NCBI GenBank assembly: GCA_045159875.1
Contig: CP067995.1
Location: 1,408,001-1,472,000, forward strand
Direction of reading: 5' to 3'
DNA from: a cyanobacterium endosymbiont of Rhopalodia gibba
GTDB taxonomy: Bacteria; Cyanobacteriota; Cyanobacteriia; Cyanobacteriales; Microcystaceae
DNA: 64,000 nt
Below are positions 12,912 through 23,420 of the stretch, in pieces (within the stretch, counting starts at the first letter, position 1; each line of letters starts with the position of its first letter). The notes under the pieces were generated by a model, which was not told the origin of the DNA, searched no databases, and worked only from the letters and a program-made list of their open reading frames with translations. The position numbers and the translations under genes are program-made.

Positions 12912-15221
12912 GTGATAACTCTCTACTGGCTATCTCAGATTGAATCAGTTGATCGCCTTTGGGTTGGGGAAAAAGCCTGGATGCTAAGCCAACTCAAAAA
13001 AAAAGGCTATCCAGTTTTTCCTGGATTTGTTATTGGCTCAGAAACTTGGGGAGAATTCTTGGGAAGGTTAGATAATTCCACTTCTTTATTAGCAGATTTT
13101 CCCACATCTTCTCTGCATTTTGATGTAGATAATTTTAGAGCTCTACAGTTAACAGCACAACAGAGTCGTCAAACTATTGTTCATAATGATTTCCCTGACC
13201 AATGGAGAACAATTATTGGACAAGCTATTGAGCAGTTGCCTAGCACCTCTTTAATAGTACAGGGTTCCCTAGGAACTTCTTCAGGCATTAAACAAGAGTT
13301 TGCTAACTTAATAGTGCCTCAAGTTTGTGAAAAGTTGCCCCGAGATTTAGAATTAGCCATTAAACAAATTTGGTGTCAATTGTTGAGTGCGCAAAGCTTA
13401 TTTTATGGGCAACGAATGGACATTTCCATTGAAAAGTTAAGTCTAGGAGTTTTGGTTCAACCGTTAACCAATGTGCTCGTCTCAGGTATTGTTACAGTTT
13501 CTCCCAAAACTTTTGAAATACAAGCTACTTGGGGTTTACCCCAAAGTTTATGGCGAGGGGAAGTTTTGCCTGATCGCTTTGTCTTTGATCGCACTACCAG
13601 CCTACTTATTGATAGAGAATTAGGGAATAAGACCCGTGCTTATCGACTCAAAAATGAAGACGTATCCCGTGATGTTGACTATATTGAAAGTCCTTTAAGA
13701 GCTTATGTGTTGAATTCTTCTCAACAAAAGCAATACTGTCTCGATGAATCCATCCTGAATCAAATCTATTCACTACTTGAAGATCTTAGTCAAGATGAGT
13801 TATCTTGGAGCTCTTTGGAATGGATCTGGCTTGAATCTGAATCTTCCCAACTTCCGACTTTAGCTATTACTGAGATTATCCCTAGTATCTTAAGTTCTAA
13901 AGTTCATCCATTGCCTTTTCGAAAACAATCAATAATTGTGGATAATCAACCCTTCCTGAGAGGAATTGGGGCAGCCCCTGGTCGTACCCAAGGATTAATC
14001 CAAATAATAACTGAGGAAATTGCCTCCTTCCCCCCATCTTCTCTGAAAAGTGTCATTGTCACCAAAGAGATTTACCCCTCTCAATTACCTTTGTTAAAAC
14101 AGGCGGCAGGAGTAATCACTGAACAAGGAGGAATAACCAGTCATGCAGCTATTTTAGCTAGAGAATTAAATATCCCTGCAGTGGTTGAGGTATCGAGGGC
14201 AACAGAATTACTCAAAACTGGTGATTCTATAATTCTAGATGGCAAAAGTGGAACAATTTACCATTGTACAACGCCCCAAAATGATATTCCCCTTGCTTTT
14301 TCCTTAAGTTCCCAGGAGATATCTTCAAATTTGTCTTATCCTATTGCTACCCAATTAATGGTCAATGTTAGTCAACCAAGTTCTTTGGTCAAGTCCATAA
14401 ATTTACCCATTGATGGTATTGGATTGGTGCGATCAGAATTAATGCTATTAAATTTATGTTCTTCTAAGTCCCTAGAGCAATGGCTTAATGAATCTGAACC
14501 TACACAGATTGTTGAACAAATTTGCGAATGTCTTCGCGAGTTTACGACCAGGTTTGCTCCCCGCCCCGTATTTTATCGGTCTTTTAATGGTCAATTATGC
14601 CAAGGTATTAATGCTACAGTTCGAGGTGACTGTCGGGGAACAGCTGGTTATCTACTCAATCCAACTCTTTTTGACTTGGAATTAAGGGCATTAGCTCAAG
14701 TTCAAGCACAAGGATTCCATAATCTCCATTTGATTCTACCGTTTGTTCGCAGTGTAGCAGAATTTCGTTTTTGTCGTCATCGAGTAGAACAGGCAGGATT
14801 AATGGAATCTAAAACTTTTGAGTTGTGGATCATGGCAGAAGTCCCCTCAGTTCTTTTTGAATTGGAAGAATATGTTAATACAGGGGTTCAGGGAATAGCA
14901 ATTGGAACGAATGATTTAGTCCCATTGCTATTCGGAGTTGGACGAAATAATCTCGATTTCAGTGATATTTCTCAACCTTGTCCCACTGTTTTAAAAAAAG
15001 TTCTAAAACAGTTCATTGAGAAGTCTCATCAGTTGGGAATTTCGTGTAGTCTATGTGGACAAGCAGCTAGTCAATATCCCGATCTTGTTGAAGATTTAGT
15101 CCAGTGGGGAATTACCAACATTTCGGTAGAAACTGAAGCGGTAGAACAAACTTATAAAGCAATCGCTAGGGCTGAGAAAAAATTACTTTTAGAATTTATC
15201 AGGCAACAAAGAAAAAATTAA
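12912..15221 (+). CDS. PEP-utilising enzyme / PEP synthase-like protein with divergent N-terminal domain
   Basis: Swivel domain GGITSHAAILARELNIP with phospho-His; C-terminal DGIGLVRSE, IMAEVPS, IGTNDL, LCGQA. Start uncertain (GTG 12873 or 12912). Confidence 0.85.
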   Translation: MITLYWLSQIESVDRLWVGEKAWMLSQLKKKGYPVFPGFVIGSETWGEFLGRLDNSTSLLADFPTSSLHFDVDNFRALQLTAQQSRQTIVHNDFPDQWRTIIGQAIEQLPSTSLIVQGSLGTSSGIKQEFANLIVPQVCEKLPRDLELAIKQIWCQLLSAQSLFYGQRMDISIEKLSLGVLVQPLTNVLVSGIVTVSPKTFEIQATWGLPQSLWRGEVLPDRFVFDRTTSLLIDRELGNKTRAYRLKNEDVSRDVDYIESPLRAYVLNSSQQKQYCLDESILNQIYSLLEDLSQDELSWSSLEWIWLESESSQLPTLAITEIIPSILSSKVHPLPFRKQSIIVDNQPFLRGIGAAPGRTQGLIQIITEEIASFPPSSLKSVIVTKEIYPSQLPLLKQAAGVITEQGGITSHAAILARELNIPAVVEVSRATELLKTGDSIILDGKSGTIYHCTTPQNDIPLAFSLSSQEISSNLSYPIATQLMVNVSQPSSLVKSINLPIDGIGLVRSELMLLNLCSSKSLEQWLNESEPTQIVEQICECLREFTTRFAPRPVFYRSFNGQLCQGINATVRGDCRGTAGYLLNPTLFDLELRALAQVQAQGFHNLHLILPFVRSVAEFRFCRHRVEQAGLMESKTFELWIMAEVPSVLFELEEYVNTGVQGIAIGTNDLVPLLFGVGRNNLDFSDISQPCPTVLKKVLKQFIEKSHQLGISCSLCGQAASQYPDLVEDLVQWGITNISVETEAVEQTYKAIARAEKKLLLEFIRQQRKN

Positions 15222-16114
15222 TTTGAAAGTGGTCCTATTCAGACATAGGCTTCATGTGTCGCTCATAGCAATTCTGAGGTATCAATTATACTAAACCAAG
15301 TGAGTTAGCTAAAATAAGTGTGGAATAAAAGAGTACTATAAAAAGAGAAAGAGTAATTGCTGGATAGTAAACTGCCGAAAATCTGGCTAATATAATTTGA
15401 AATACAAGAACTATCAAAGTTGACTAGTAAACCAAAATTATTCTCCAGAATGAAAATTTAGACATCATATCTAAATATCTAAAATATAAGAGACCAAGAA
15501 AGTTAAAGAAATTACAGATTGGGTATAATTTTTAGAAAATGCAATTTAAAAATAATTTCTAGATGAATTATTTAAGGAAGAAAAGGATAGCGTAATTTTT
15601 GGAAAAATGGAAAAAAAATAACTTATGATGTCCAATAATTATTTTTAAATAACTAAAAAATAATAACTATTAAAAATTAGGACAATAATTACTCTATTTT
15701 CTAAAAAATAAGAGGTTTAAAAGGTAGTAAAATTTTATATAAAGAGACATATAAAGTAGAAAAATACTAGATATAGCGATTATTATTAGTAATAACTCGG
15801 TGTATACAAATGGTTTAGTTAAAGTAAAATTGAAACAACGGGAAGAATTAAACAGAACAAAAAAGGTTGTCCAGGTAATCTGTTTGTTTAATCACTAAAC
15901 GTGAAATATATTTTTATATAATAAGCTTTTATTCCATTAATATGTAAATTATACAAAATTTTAAACCGTTGTTATTACTGTCAACATCTAAATTAGAATA
16001 CAACATAGTTAACGATTATCTCAGATAGTAATAATCAATAGTTGAGACTTGAATTATTGTTTAAGCGCGGCATAATACGAAGTTATCTTAAGTTTTTAAT
16101 TTTTTTTAAGAAAA

Positions 16115-16890
16115 TATTTTTTTAGGGAAATGATGAATAAGCAATCAATCCAAAAAGAATGTTAATTCAACAGTTTTAAACACTCCAATTTATCGAATAT
16201 AAAATCTTAAATATATTGTCAAGTTGGTACTTAACTTTTTCAATCAAAGAACGTTTGCAAAGTAAAATTTTATCAATCAGTTTCATTGACTTTTATTTGC
16301 TCTTCTGTCGATGACGGTGAATTACTTGAAGTCCTTGTTCATAAAGCTTGTCAAAGAGTTTTCAAAAAGGATATTCAGAGTTCTTGAGAAGAATATCCTT
16401 GGATTCTCAATAATTTACTAATCAAATCTTGTACTAGCCAAATCTTACATTAACTTAGGAAGTAGTTTACAGTCATCGGTGTTGCCTAAAGTTAACTTAA
16501 AAGTCAATATTTACTGCAGTAGTTTATGATTAAATACGTTTTCAATCCGTAATGCCATCTTACATGATTTTATACCTATTCAACTAGCCCTTTAAAAACT
16601 CAGTGTACTCTTTATATTGGAATTGATGAAACTAATTCTTATAATTTTTACTTTGCGAGTCTGCCAAAAACAGCATATTAAAATCATTATCCAAGGTATA
16701 AGCTCAATAAAACGATGATAGCTGACTTTTTTACAATAGGGAAAAGAAGCTGCAACATATAAAATTTTCTAAAGCTTCGATATCCTAACCGATGACAAGC
16801 GATCACAAAAATTATAACTTCACCTCTTCTCAGTTGAACTCATATTTTGACAATAGAAGATCAATCTGTATTCACTTGAGATTTATCATT
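16115..16890 (-). mobile_element. Degraded IS982-family transposase remnant
   Basis: Minus-strand fragments in the expected order: EVIIFVIACHRLGYRSFRKFY, VSYHRFIEL, CCFWQTRK..ISFINS, RWHYGLK, FKLTLGNTDDCK, LFDKLYEQGLQVI, KLIDKILLCKRSLIE, LFGLIAY. Many stops and frameshifts; no terminal inverted repeats recognised; limits approximate. Confidence 0.8.
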
Positions 16891-17380
16891 TCGTGTAAAT
16901 AATGAGTTATTAACGGTTCTAATAATCCCTGAGATTATCACTAAAAACTTAAATTTGATAAATTACTATATAATCGTAAATTCTCTACGCTCATAAGCTA
17001 TCATCTTTAATTTTTAAAGTCTTAAAATAGTTAATATACTTCTGTTTAAATTACTTTTTATTCAATATTTATCCTGCTTTTCTCTGCTATTATTTTTTAT
17101 TTTCTATTAGTTTATCTTCTGATTTTTTAGTGAATTATTTTAAGTTTTCTAAAAAAATCATTAGCTATTGAAATAGCAATAATTTGTTGCTTTAACTCCA
17201 GAATAAGTTAATCATGACTCTTCCCGATTGGCTGTAAAAAAAATCATAATAAATAAAAGATGAGAGTCTTGACTTATAAGATTTCCAGGATGTAAGAAAA
17301 TTTTTTTTAGAAAAATAAAGTTTTGGAGTTACAGAATACAGTTAGAATGATAGTTTTGAAAATTATTAGCTACCGATTTA

Positions 17381-18499
17381 TTATTCTAAGCTGACAAGAT
17401 CCATATATTGTTCTAGACTTGGGACGTCTGTCCAGCAATTCTTATAACTTGCTTCATAGGCTAAATCCATTATTAATTGAGAATAAACTCCTTCATATAA
17501 AGAGGGAACTAAAGACTTTCTTTGATCAATACTTTCTACCCAACGATCAACGACTCGAATAAATGGGGCTAATCGTCCATCTGTAAAGAGTTCAGGGAAT
17601 GCTAACTGTTTAGGAATTTCAACTTCTGTGAGGGGTTGACCTGCGGGGGCAGCTTGCAAATGGAAGCCATGAACATAATCTTTTAGGTTGTTACTTCCTA
17701 AGACTAAAGTACCATGATCGCCATATACTTCTACCCAGTGTCCGCGTCCATTATAAGTTACCGAACTGAGGGATACTTGACAGGGGACTCCATCATTCAG
17801 TTCTAACATCAATAAACAAGTATCATCAGTATTAACAGGCTTTAACTTATTATGATTTTTAGGATCAGGACGTTCTTTAATTGCACAAAACATTTGAGCT
17901 GTTAATCGTTTAACAGGTCCGAATAACCAGTGAATATAATCAAAAGAATGGGAGCCAATCGCCCCTAAAACTCCTCCTCCTTGATCTCGACGGGAATACC
18001 AATTCCAAGCAAGTTCTGGGTTTGCGCGACTCGCCACTAACCAATCAATCTTAATTAGGCGAACTCGTCCCACATAATTTTGTTGTAAATATTTCGATAA
18101 AAGTTGCCATGCAGGAACATAACGAAATTCAAAATTTGTTGTGACAACTAATTTTTTTTGTTTTGCTAAATGATAAAGTTCTTTTGCTTCTTGCGCTGAC
18201 ATCGCCATAGGTTTTTCTAAAAGTAGATGTTTACCTGCTTCCAAAATTTGTTTACCCATTTCGTAGTGAAGAAACGGAGGAGTAGAAAGACTAACAGCAT
18301 CAATTTTACTTAGAGATAAGAGTTTTTTAAAATTATCAAAATAATAGGGGATCTGGTGATAATCTGCTATACTTTTGGATTTTTCTAAGTCACGATTGTA
18401 AATAGCAATTACCTCGGTGCGAGAATGGTGTTTTAACCCTGGAATATGGACAGATTGACCAAAACCCGTTCCGATAACAGCGACACGAATAGTTGACAT
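17381..18499 (-). CDS. Gfo/Idh/MocA family NAD(P)-dependent oxidoreductase
   Basis: VAVIGTGFG, STPPFLH, GKHLLLEKP, GGGVLGAIGSHSFD. ATG at 18499 preferred over 18586. Confidence 0.92.
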   Translation of the reverse strand: MSTIRVAVIGTGFGQSVHIPGLKHHSRTEVIAIYNRDLEKSKSIADYHQIPYYFDNFKKLLSLSKIDAVSLSTPPFLHYEMGKQILEAGKHLLLEKPMAMSAQEAKELYHLAKQKKLVVTTNFEFRYVPAWQLLSKYLQQNYVGRVRLIKIDWLVASRANPELAWNWYSRRDQGGGVLGAIGSHSFDYIHWLFGPVKRLTAQMFCAIKERPDPKNHNKLKPVNTDDTCLLMLELNDGVPCQVSLSSVTYNGRGHWVEVYGDHGTLVLGSNNLKDYVHGFHLQAAPAGQPLTEVEIPKQLAFPELFTDGRLAPFIRVVDRWVESIDQRKSLVPSLYEGVYSQLIMDLAYEASYKNCWTDVPSLEQYMDLVSLE

Positions 18500-18695
18500 A
18501 ATCCTCGTTCTAATCGAAATTAGGAATATTGCATGGCAGTTTACTATCTGTTTTTTAATAACTGCTTCAGTTTGTAACCGTACCATGGCTTTGAATTAAA
18601 TAATGAAGTATCTTATCTTATATAACAGAAATCTTTATGATGATTTTTTATAATTTTAAGCATTGAGACATTTTCAAATATCTTAACGTTTAAAT

Positions 18696-18905
18696 ATGCC
18701 TGAATAACTATTCATACTCAAGAAGGAGGTAACCACGATGAAGTAGTAATTTCACCATGAGCAATCTGTACTAACTTAAATTAGAATGACAAAGATATCT
18801 ATTTTATAAACTCGGGTAAATAGTTTATGAACTCCGTTGATAACGAAGTCCTTTTTATAGTCTTACTTACTTCATTTTTTTCATTATTTCTCATGGTTTC
18901 TCTGG
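18696..18905 (+). other. Candidate structured RNA / micro-ORF element
   Basis: AAGGAGGT (18723-18730) then ATG AAG TAG (18738-18746); nested complementary segments at 18811-18820, 18863-18875 and 18890-18898. Confidence 0.35.
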
Positions 18906-19300
18906 TATTTTAAGTCTATTGTCATGACAACTAACCTAATTTTTTAGAAACTGATTGAAGCCTGGCTTTGACGCCTACAAAATTTCATAAAAAAAAAGCA
19001 AGATAAAAGTAATAGTTACAGTTTTTTTATGCAAGAGGAGAAGAAACTAAAACTTTTTGTCAAGGAAGTTCTACAAAAGTCAGTTTGGCAGCATGGGGGA
19101 GTCCTCACTCTAATTTTTTTTGTAGGAGGAAGAAAAATTTAGGAGATTTTAAACGAATAAAATAGGCTAGATAGAGCAACTTTATTACACGAACACGCTC
19201 TTCTGGTGAGAAACAACATTTTCCATTTCCATTAAGTACAATAATTAACCGGTTAGGAGTAGTTGTAAAAATTCTGTCCTTTTCCTTATCTGAAAACACT

Positions 19301-19341
19301 AGAAAATATAACTATAAATTGTTTTTATAGTTATATTTTCT
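19301..19341. repeat. Perfect inverted repeat, 18-bp arms, 5-nt loop
   Basis: AGAAAATATAACTATAAA-TTGTT-TTTATAGTTATATTTTCT. Confidence 0.85.
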
Positions 19342-20007
19342 GATAGATTTACTCAATCTATAATTTTTTTATTTTTTATCATCTTGGATTTAAACATAAT
19401 ATTTTTACTCTTGTTTTCGTTATAGAGAAAATTTTTAGTATTAGTTTACTTTTATGTTTCTTATTTTTCTAATCTTATCAGATTAACTTTGAGCTAGATT
19501 GGCATCTAGCAAGCACTCTTTATCTAACTATCTTCTTCTGAAATTATCAAAGTTAATTAAGCTATAGACTTGGACTTTGATTAATTAAATTTTATGATTA
19601 GTACTTCCTACTAATTTTTGGAGAGTTCTATTTTTAGAAAAAGCTATAATTTTGTACTTCATCTGCTTATTATCTGATAACTATTCTCCTCTTTTATTTT
19701 TTAAAAAATTTTTAAGGATAAAAAGATATTTAACTTTTTTATTGCTCTTTATTTTAGACTAAATTCGTGAGATTATAAGTGTTTGATCTGTTTTATGATG
19801 TGATTTTTTTTATTAAAATTTTGGTATTATAAAGTATTTTTTGGGTGAGATTTTGATAGAACATTCAACAATCTACACAGAACTTATTCTATTGATTCCA
19901 ATGTCTTCGAAACCAGGTTTTAAGAAAATTACGCTAAAGAACCATAGGTTTTCAACTTCCTATACTTAACTAAGACTGTTGCATCATTTTTTTCCTTGAA
20001 ATAGGAG

Positions 20008-20064
20008 TTTTTCCGTTGACTGAGCTGTAAAATACTTATTTTTACAGCTCAGTCAACGGAAAAA
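20008..20064. repeat. Perfect inverted repeat, 25-bp arms, 7-nt loop, downstream of ygfZ
   Basis: TTTTTCCGTTGACTGAGCTGTAAAA-TACTTAT-TTTTACAGCTCAGTCAACGGAAAAA. Confidence 0.9.
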
Positions 20065-20249
20065 ACTTAGATTTTAATTATGCTACCCTATTTGATTTAG
20101 GAAAGCCATAAATTAGAAGGAAACTGTAGGAGGTTTTATGCGTTGCCAATACAAAAAAGCTTATAGCTTATGTATATTGTGAATGATAGCATGATAAAAA
20201 TTCTAGTTGAGCTCATAAACAATCAAGAGCTTACCTAAATGTGCCATAC

Positions 20250-21299
20250 TTAATAATCTTTATGAGTTAAAAAAGGTACTTTTACCACTTGTCCTACTGC
20301 TTTTCCTATTTGAATGTTTAATTCTACTCCTCCTGCTTTGGTGCTAATATAAGCTAACCCTAAAAAATTTTGATCAATTTTAGTACAACTTGTTAAAATT
20401 CCTACTTTTTTTCCATCCGCAATAACTGGAGTTCCTGGAAGAATCTCTTGACTTAACTTAACTCCCCACAATCTTTGTTTGACTCCTTTGTAGGTATTTA
20501 GACGAGCAATAGTTTCTTGTCCAATATAACAGCCTTTGTCAAAGGAAATAGCTCTCCATAATCCTGCTTCTAGGGGATTATAATCTTCTGTTAATTCTTG
20601 ATCACAAACCGGTCTTCCTTGCCGTATTCTCAACTTTTCCCATACGCGATCACCGATAGGAATAATCCCTAATTGTATTAATTGCTCCCAAACAGTTTTG
20701 GCTTGATCGGTTGGAACAATTAAGGTATAGCCGGGGATAGCTAACCCACTTCCTACAGCTACCCTCATAGAAGCCTCTCCCATAGTCGTTAAACAATGAC
20801 TTTCTGCTGGAAGTTCAGCTAAACCATTAATCCCTCCTTCTTTCAGAAATGAAGTACATTCGGAACCAATTAAGGTAAAAACAATATTTTTCTCGGAAAT
20901 ATCTGTAATTTTTACCTTATCCATGGGAAAGATGTATTGGTCCATCCACTCCATCAAGAAGTGACGACGGTTTGGGGAAACTAAAATCAAAATTGAGTCG
21001 TTTGTGACGTAAGCTGTGACCAAATCAATCATTCTACCAGTAGAATTAACAAAAACGGTGTCACACGCTAGTCCTGGCTTTAATTGATTAATATTATTGG
21101 TAGTTTGATTATGAAGAAAACGTAAGCGATCATCTCCTGTTAGTTTTAAGAGTCCCCAATGACTACGATCACAAATAACCGCTCCGTTATAAGCTGTTTC
21201 AAAGCCTTCACTATCATTGCCAAAACTATTGATCATTGTTTCATTTTTTGTTAAGATTACACCGGATTCTTTTTGAATTTTACGTATGTTCTGTTTCAT
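20250..21299 (-). CDS. ygfZ: Folate-binding Fe-S cluster repair protein YgfZ (GcvT family)
   Basis: Signature KGCYIGQE; DRSHWG..GDDRLRFLHNQTTN. ATG at 21299 preferred. Confidence 0.93.
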   Translation of the reverse strand: MKQNIRKIQKESGVILTKNETMINSFGNDSEGFETAYNGAVICDRSHWGLLKLTGDDRLRFLHNQTTNNINQLKPGLACDTVFVNSTGRMIDLVTAYVTNDSILILVSPNRRHFLMEWMDQYIFPMDKVKITDISEKNIVFTLIGSECTSFLKEGGINGLAELPAESHCLTTMGEASMRVAVGSGLAIPGYTLIVPTDQAKTVWEQLIQLGIIPIGDRVWEKLRIRQGRPVCDQELTEDYNPLEAGLWRAISFDKGCYIGQETIARLNTYKGVKQRLWGVKLSQEILPGTPVIADGKKVGILTSCTKIDQNFLGLAYISTKAGGVELNIQIGKAVGQVVKVPFLTHKDY

Positions 21300-21805
21300 A
21301 ATTGATAATAAAAATTTGTACTTAATCAACTAATTAATTTACTCAATATTTAGTTTGCAATTCGTTATTTTTTTCTATATATCGTTACCAATCAACTTCT
21401 CCTATTTCATTAAAAAATGAATAAAATCAATATCTGTTACTTGACTATTACAGAAAAAATTATTGATTCTGATCACCATAGATATTATAATCTAAAAAAT
21501 AGACTTTAATAAAAGCTCACTTAAGTATTAATTCTAGAAAATTTATAAAAATAAGTTAAACATAGTCGATAATTAGAATAAAAAATTTTTATTTTTTAAT
21601 AAACTGCTTTTTAACTTATTTTTTAGAATTGTTCACTTAGATTATCTATCGCCTAAATAAAAACAGGTTAAACGATAACTTCTACTTCTCGTAGATCCTC
21701 TATATTTCTAAATATAGATTTTATTTTTAACATCGGGTTTTCCTCCACATCGACGTAAAAAAATAGTATAATGCTAGCCTAGCGGTGTTTCTTTTTTTTT
21801 AAATA

Positions 21806-22540
21806 ATGCCCGAACAACAATTACATCCAGGATTTTATTGGTTTTATATCATTATTTCCAATATTTTACTAGTCTTTATGTTGGAAACTCCAGCTGATAG
21901 TCAATTCTCATCAGAGGTTAGTTCTATTCAGGATGGTTCGATCGAAAATACCTTTGATTTACCATCAGAAATTATTGAAGATAGCCCCGTTTTAAAAAAA
22001 TGGTTAAATAACATTCCTAATATTTTATACGATATTTATACTGATCCGAGTTTTCGAACACGTGTGGGAATAGGATACGCAGAATTTCCTTCTACTGAAC
22101 ATGATGGAGGAATTAATATTGGAGTTGATGATATTTTTATTGGGAAAACGGGTTTAACAATTAGCGGTGACTATCAAACTTCCTTTGGAAGACGAGATGC
22201 AGGAGGGGTTAACTTACAATATTATCTGTTGCCTTTGGGGAATTACATTAATCTTGCTCCCATGGTAGGATATCGTTCAATTTCCACTAACAACTATTCT
22301 GAAGGTGGAGTTAACATTGGAGGTAAATTGATACTTCCTCTATCACGTACTGGCGCATCTGATATTTCATTATCTCACAGTTTTATCTCCCCTGGTGAAG
22401 ATAATGAAATAGGAATTACAACCATTTCTTTTGGTTATGCAATTACTAAAAATATTCGATTGGCTACTGAAATTGAAAGACAAAACTCACAGATAAAAAA
22501 AGATAGTAAAATTGGCATTATGTTTGAACTAATGCCATAG
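21806..22540 (+). CDS. Conserved hypothetical exported protein, probable small outer-membrane beta-barrel
   Basis: Hydrophobic N-terminus, then alternating beta-strand pattern ending GIMFELMP; LPSEIIEDSPVLKKWL..P motif looks cyanobacterial. Confidence 0.6.
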   Translation: MPEQQLHPGFYWFYIIISNILLVFMLETPADSQFSSEVSSIQDGSIENTFDLPSEIIEDSPVLKKWLNNIPNILYDIYTDPSFRTRVGIGYAEFPSTEHDGGINIGVDDIFIGKTGLTISGDYQTSFGRRDAGGVNLQYYLLPLGNYINLAPMVGYRSISTNNYSEGGVNIGGKLILPLSRTGASDISLSHSFISPGEDNEIGITTISFGYAITKNIRLATEIERQNSQIKKDSKIGIMFELMP

Positions 22541-22598
22541 TTTAATGCCATATTTCTCAAAGAAGATTATCAAATAAATTATTAAGTAATCAACTGGA

Positions 22599-23381
22599 AT
22601 GAGAACCTATTTACAAGTTTTACTATTATTTTGGACAACAGCAGTCACAGCAGAATTAGAATATCGATTAAATTTCGTAATTGCTATGATTAGCAGTTTC
22701 GCTAATTTTATTGGGAGTTTATTTAGTTTGTTCCTATTCTATCGAACAGGTTATACCTTTCATGGATGGACTTGGGACGAAGCGATGATAGTGGTAGGAA
22801 TGTTTACTTTCTTACAAGGCATTTCTGCTACCTTTTTAGTCCCTAATCTAAACCGAATTGTTGAACAAGTAGAGAAAGGAACCCTAGATTTCGTGTTACT
22901 GAAACCAATTAGTAGTCAATTTTGGTTGTCTTGTAGAATTTTATCTCCTTGGGGATTTTCAGATTTGGTTTTTGGAGTAATTATAATTTTTTATTTTAGT
23001 TCTAAACTATCTTTACATCTAGGAGACTATATACTCAGTTGTATAGCAACAATTTTGGGCATCACTATTCTGTATAGTATTTGGTTTATCTTAGGAGCAA
23101 CCAGTGTGTGGTTTATCAAAATTTATAATGTTACTGCAGTTCTCAAAGGATTATTAGAAGCAGGTAGATATCCCGTAAGTGCTTATCCTACGGTCTATCG
23201 TTTCTTCTTTACCTTTGTAATTCCTGTTACTTTTTTAACCACTGTTCCGGCGGAGATACTTTTAGGAAAAATCGAAGCTTTATGGATTTTAGTCGCAACA
23301 CTAATAGCATTATCTCTATTATTTATCTCTCACTATTTCTGGCAATTTGCCCTTCGTTTTTATACCAGTGCTTCTAGTTGA
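22599..23381 (+). CDS. ABC-2 type transporter permease (DUF990-like)
   Basis: AELEYRLNF, GWTWDEA, KGTLDFVLLKPISSQFWLS, GRYPVSAYP, PAE, FYTSASS; about 6 TM segments. Confidence 0.9.
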   Translation: MRTYLQVLLLFWTTAVTAELEYRLNFVIAMISSFANFIGSLFSLFLFYRTGYTFHGWTWDEAMIVVGMFTFLQGISATFLVPNLNRIVEQVEKGTLDFVLLKPISSQFWLSCRILSPWGFSDLVFGVIIIFYFSSKLSLHLGDYILSCIATILGITILYSIWFILGATSVWFIKIYNVTAVLKGLLEAGRYPVSAYPTVYRFFFTFVIPVTFLTTVPAEILLGKIEALWILVATLIALSLLFISHYFWQFALRFYTSASS

Positions 23382-23420
23382 TTTGTAAAGTACAAATAAA
23401 GATTTTTTCTACTGGTGGAA

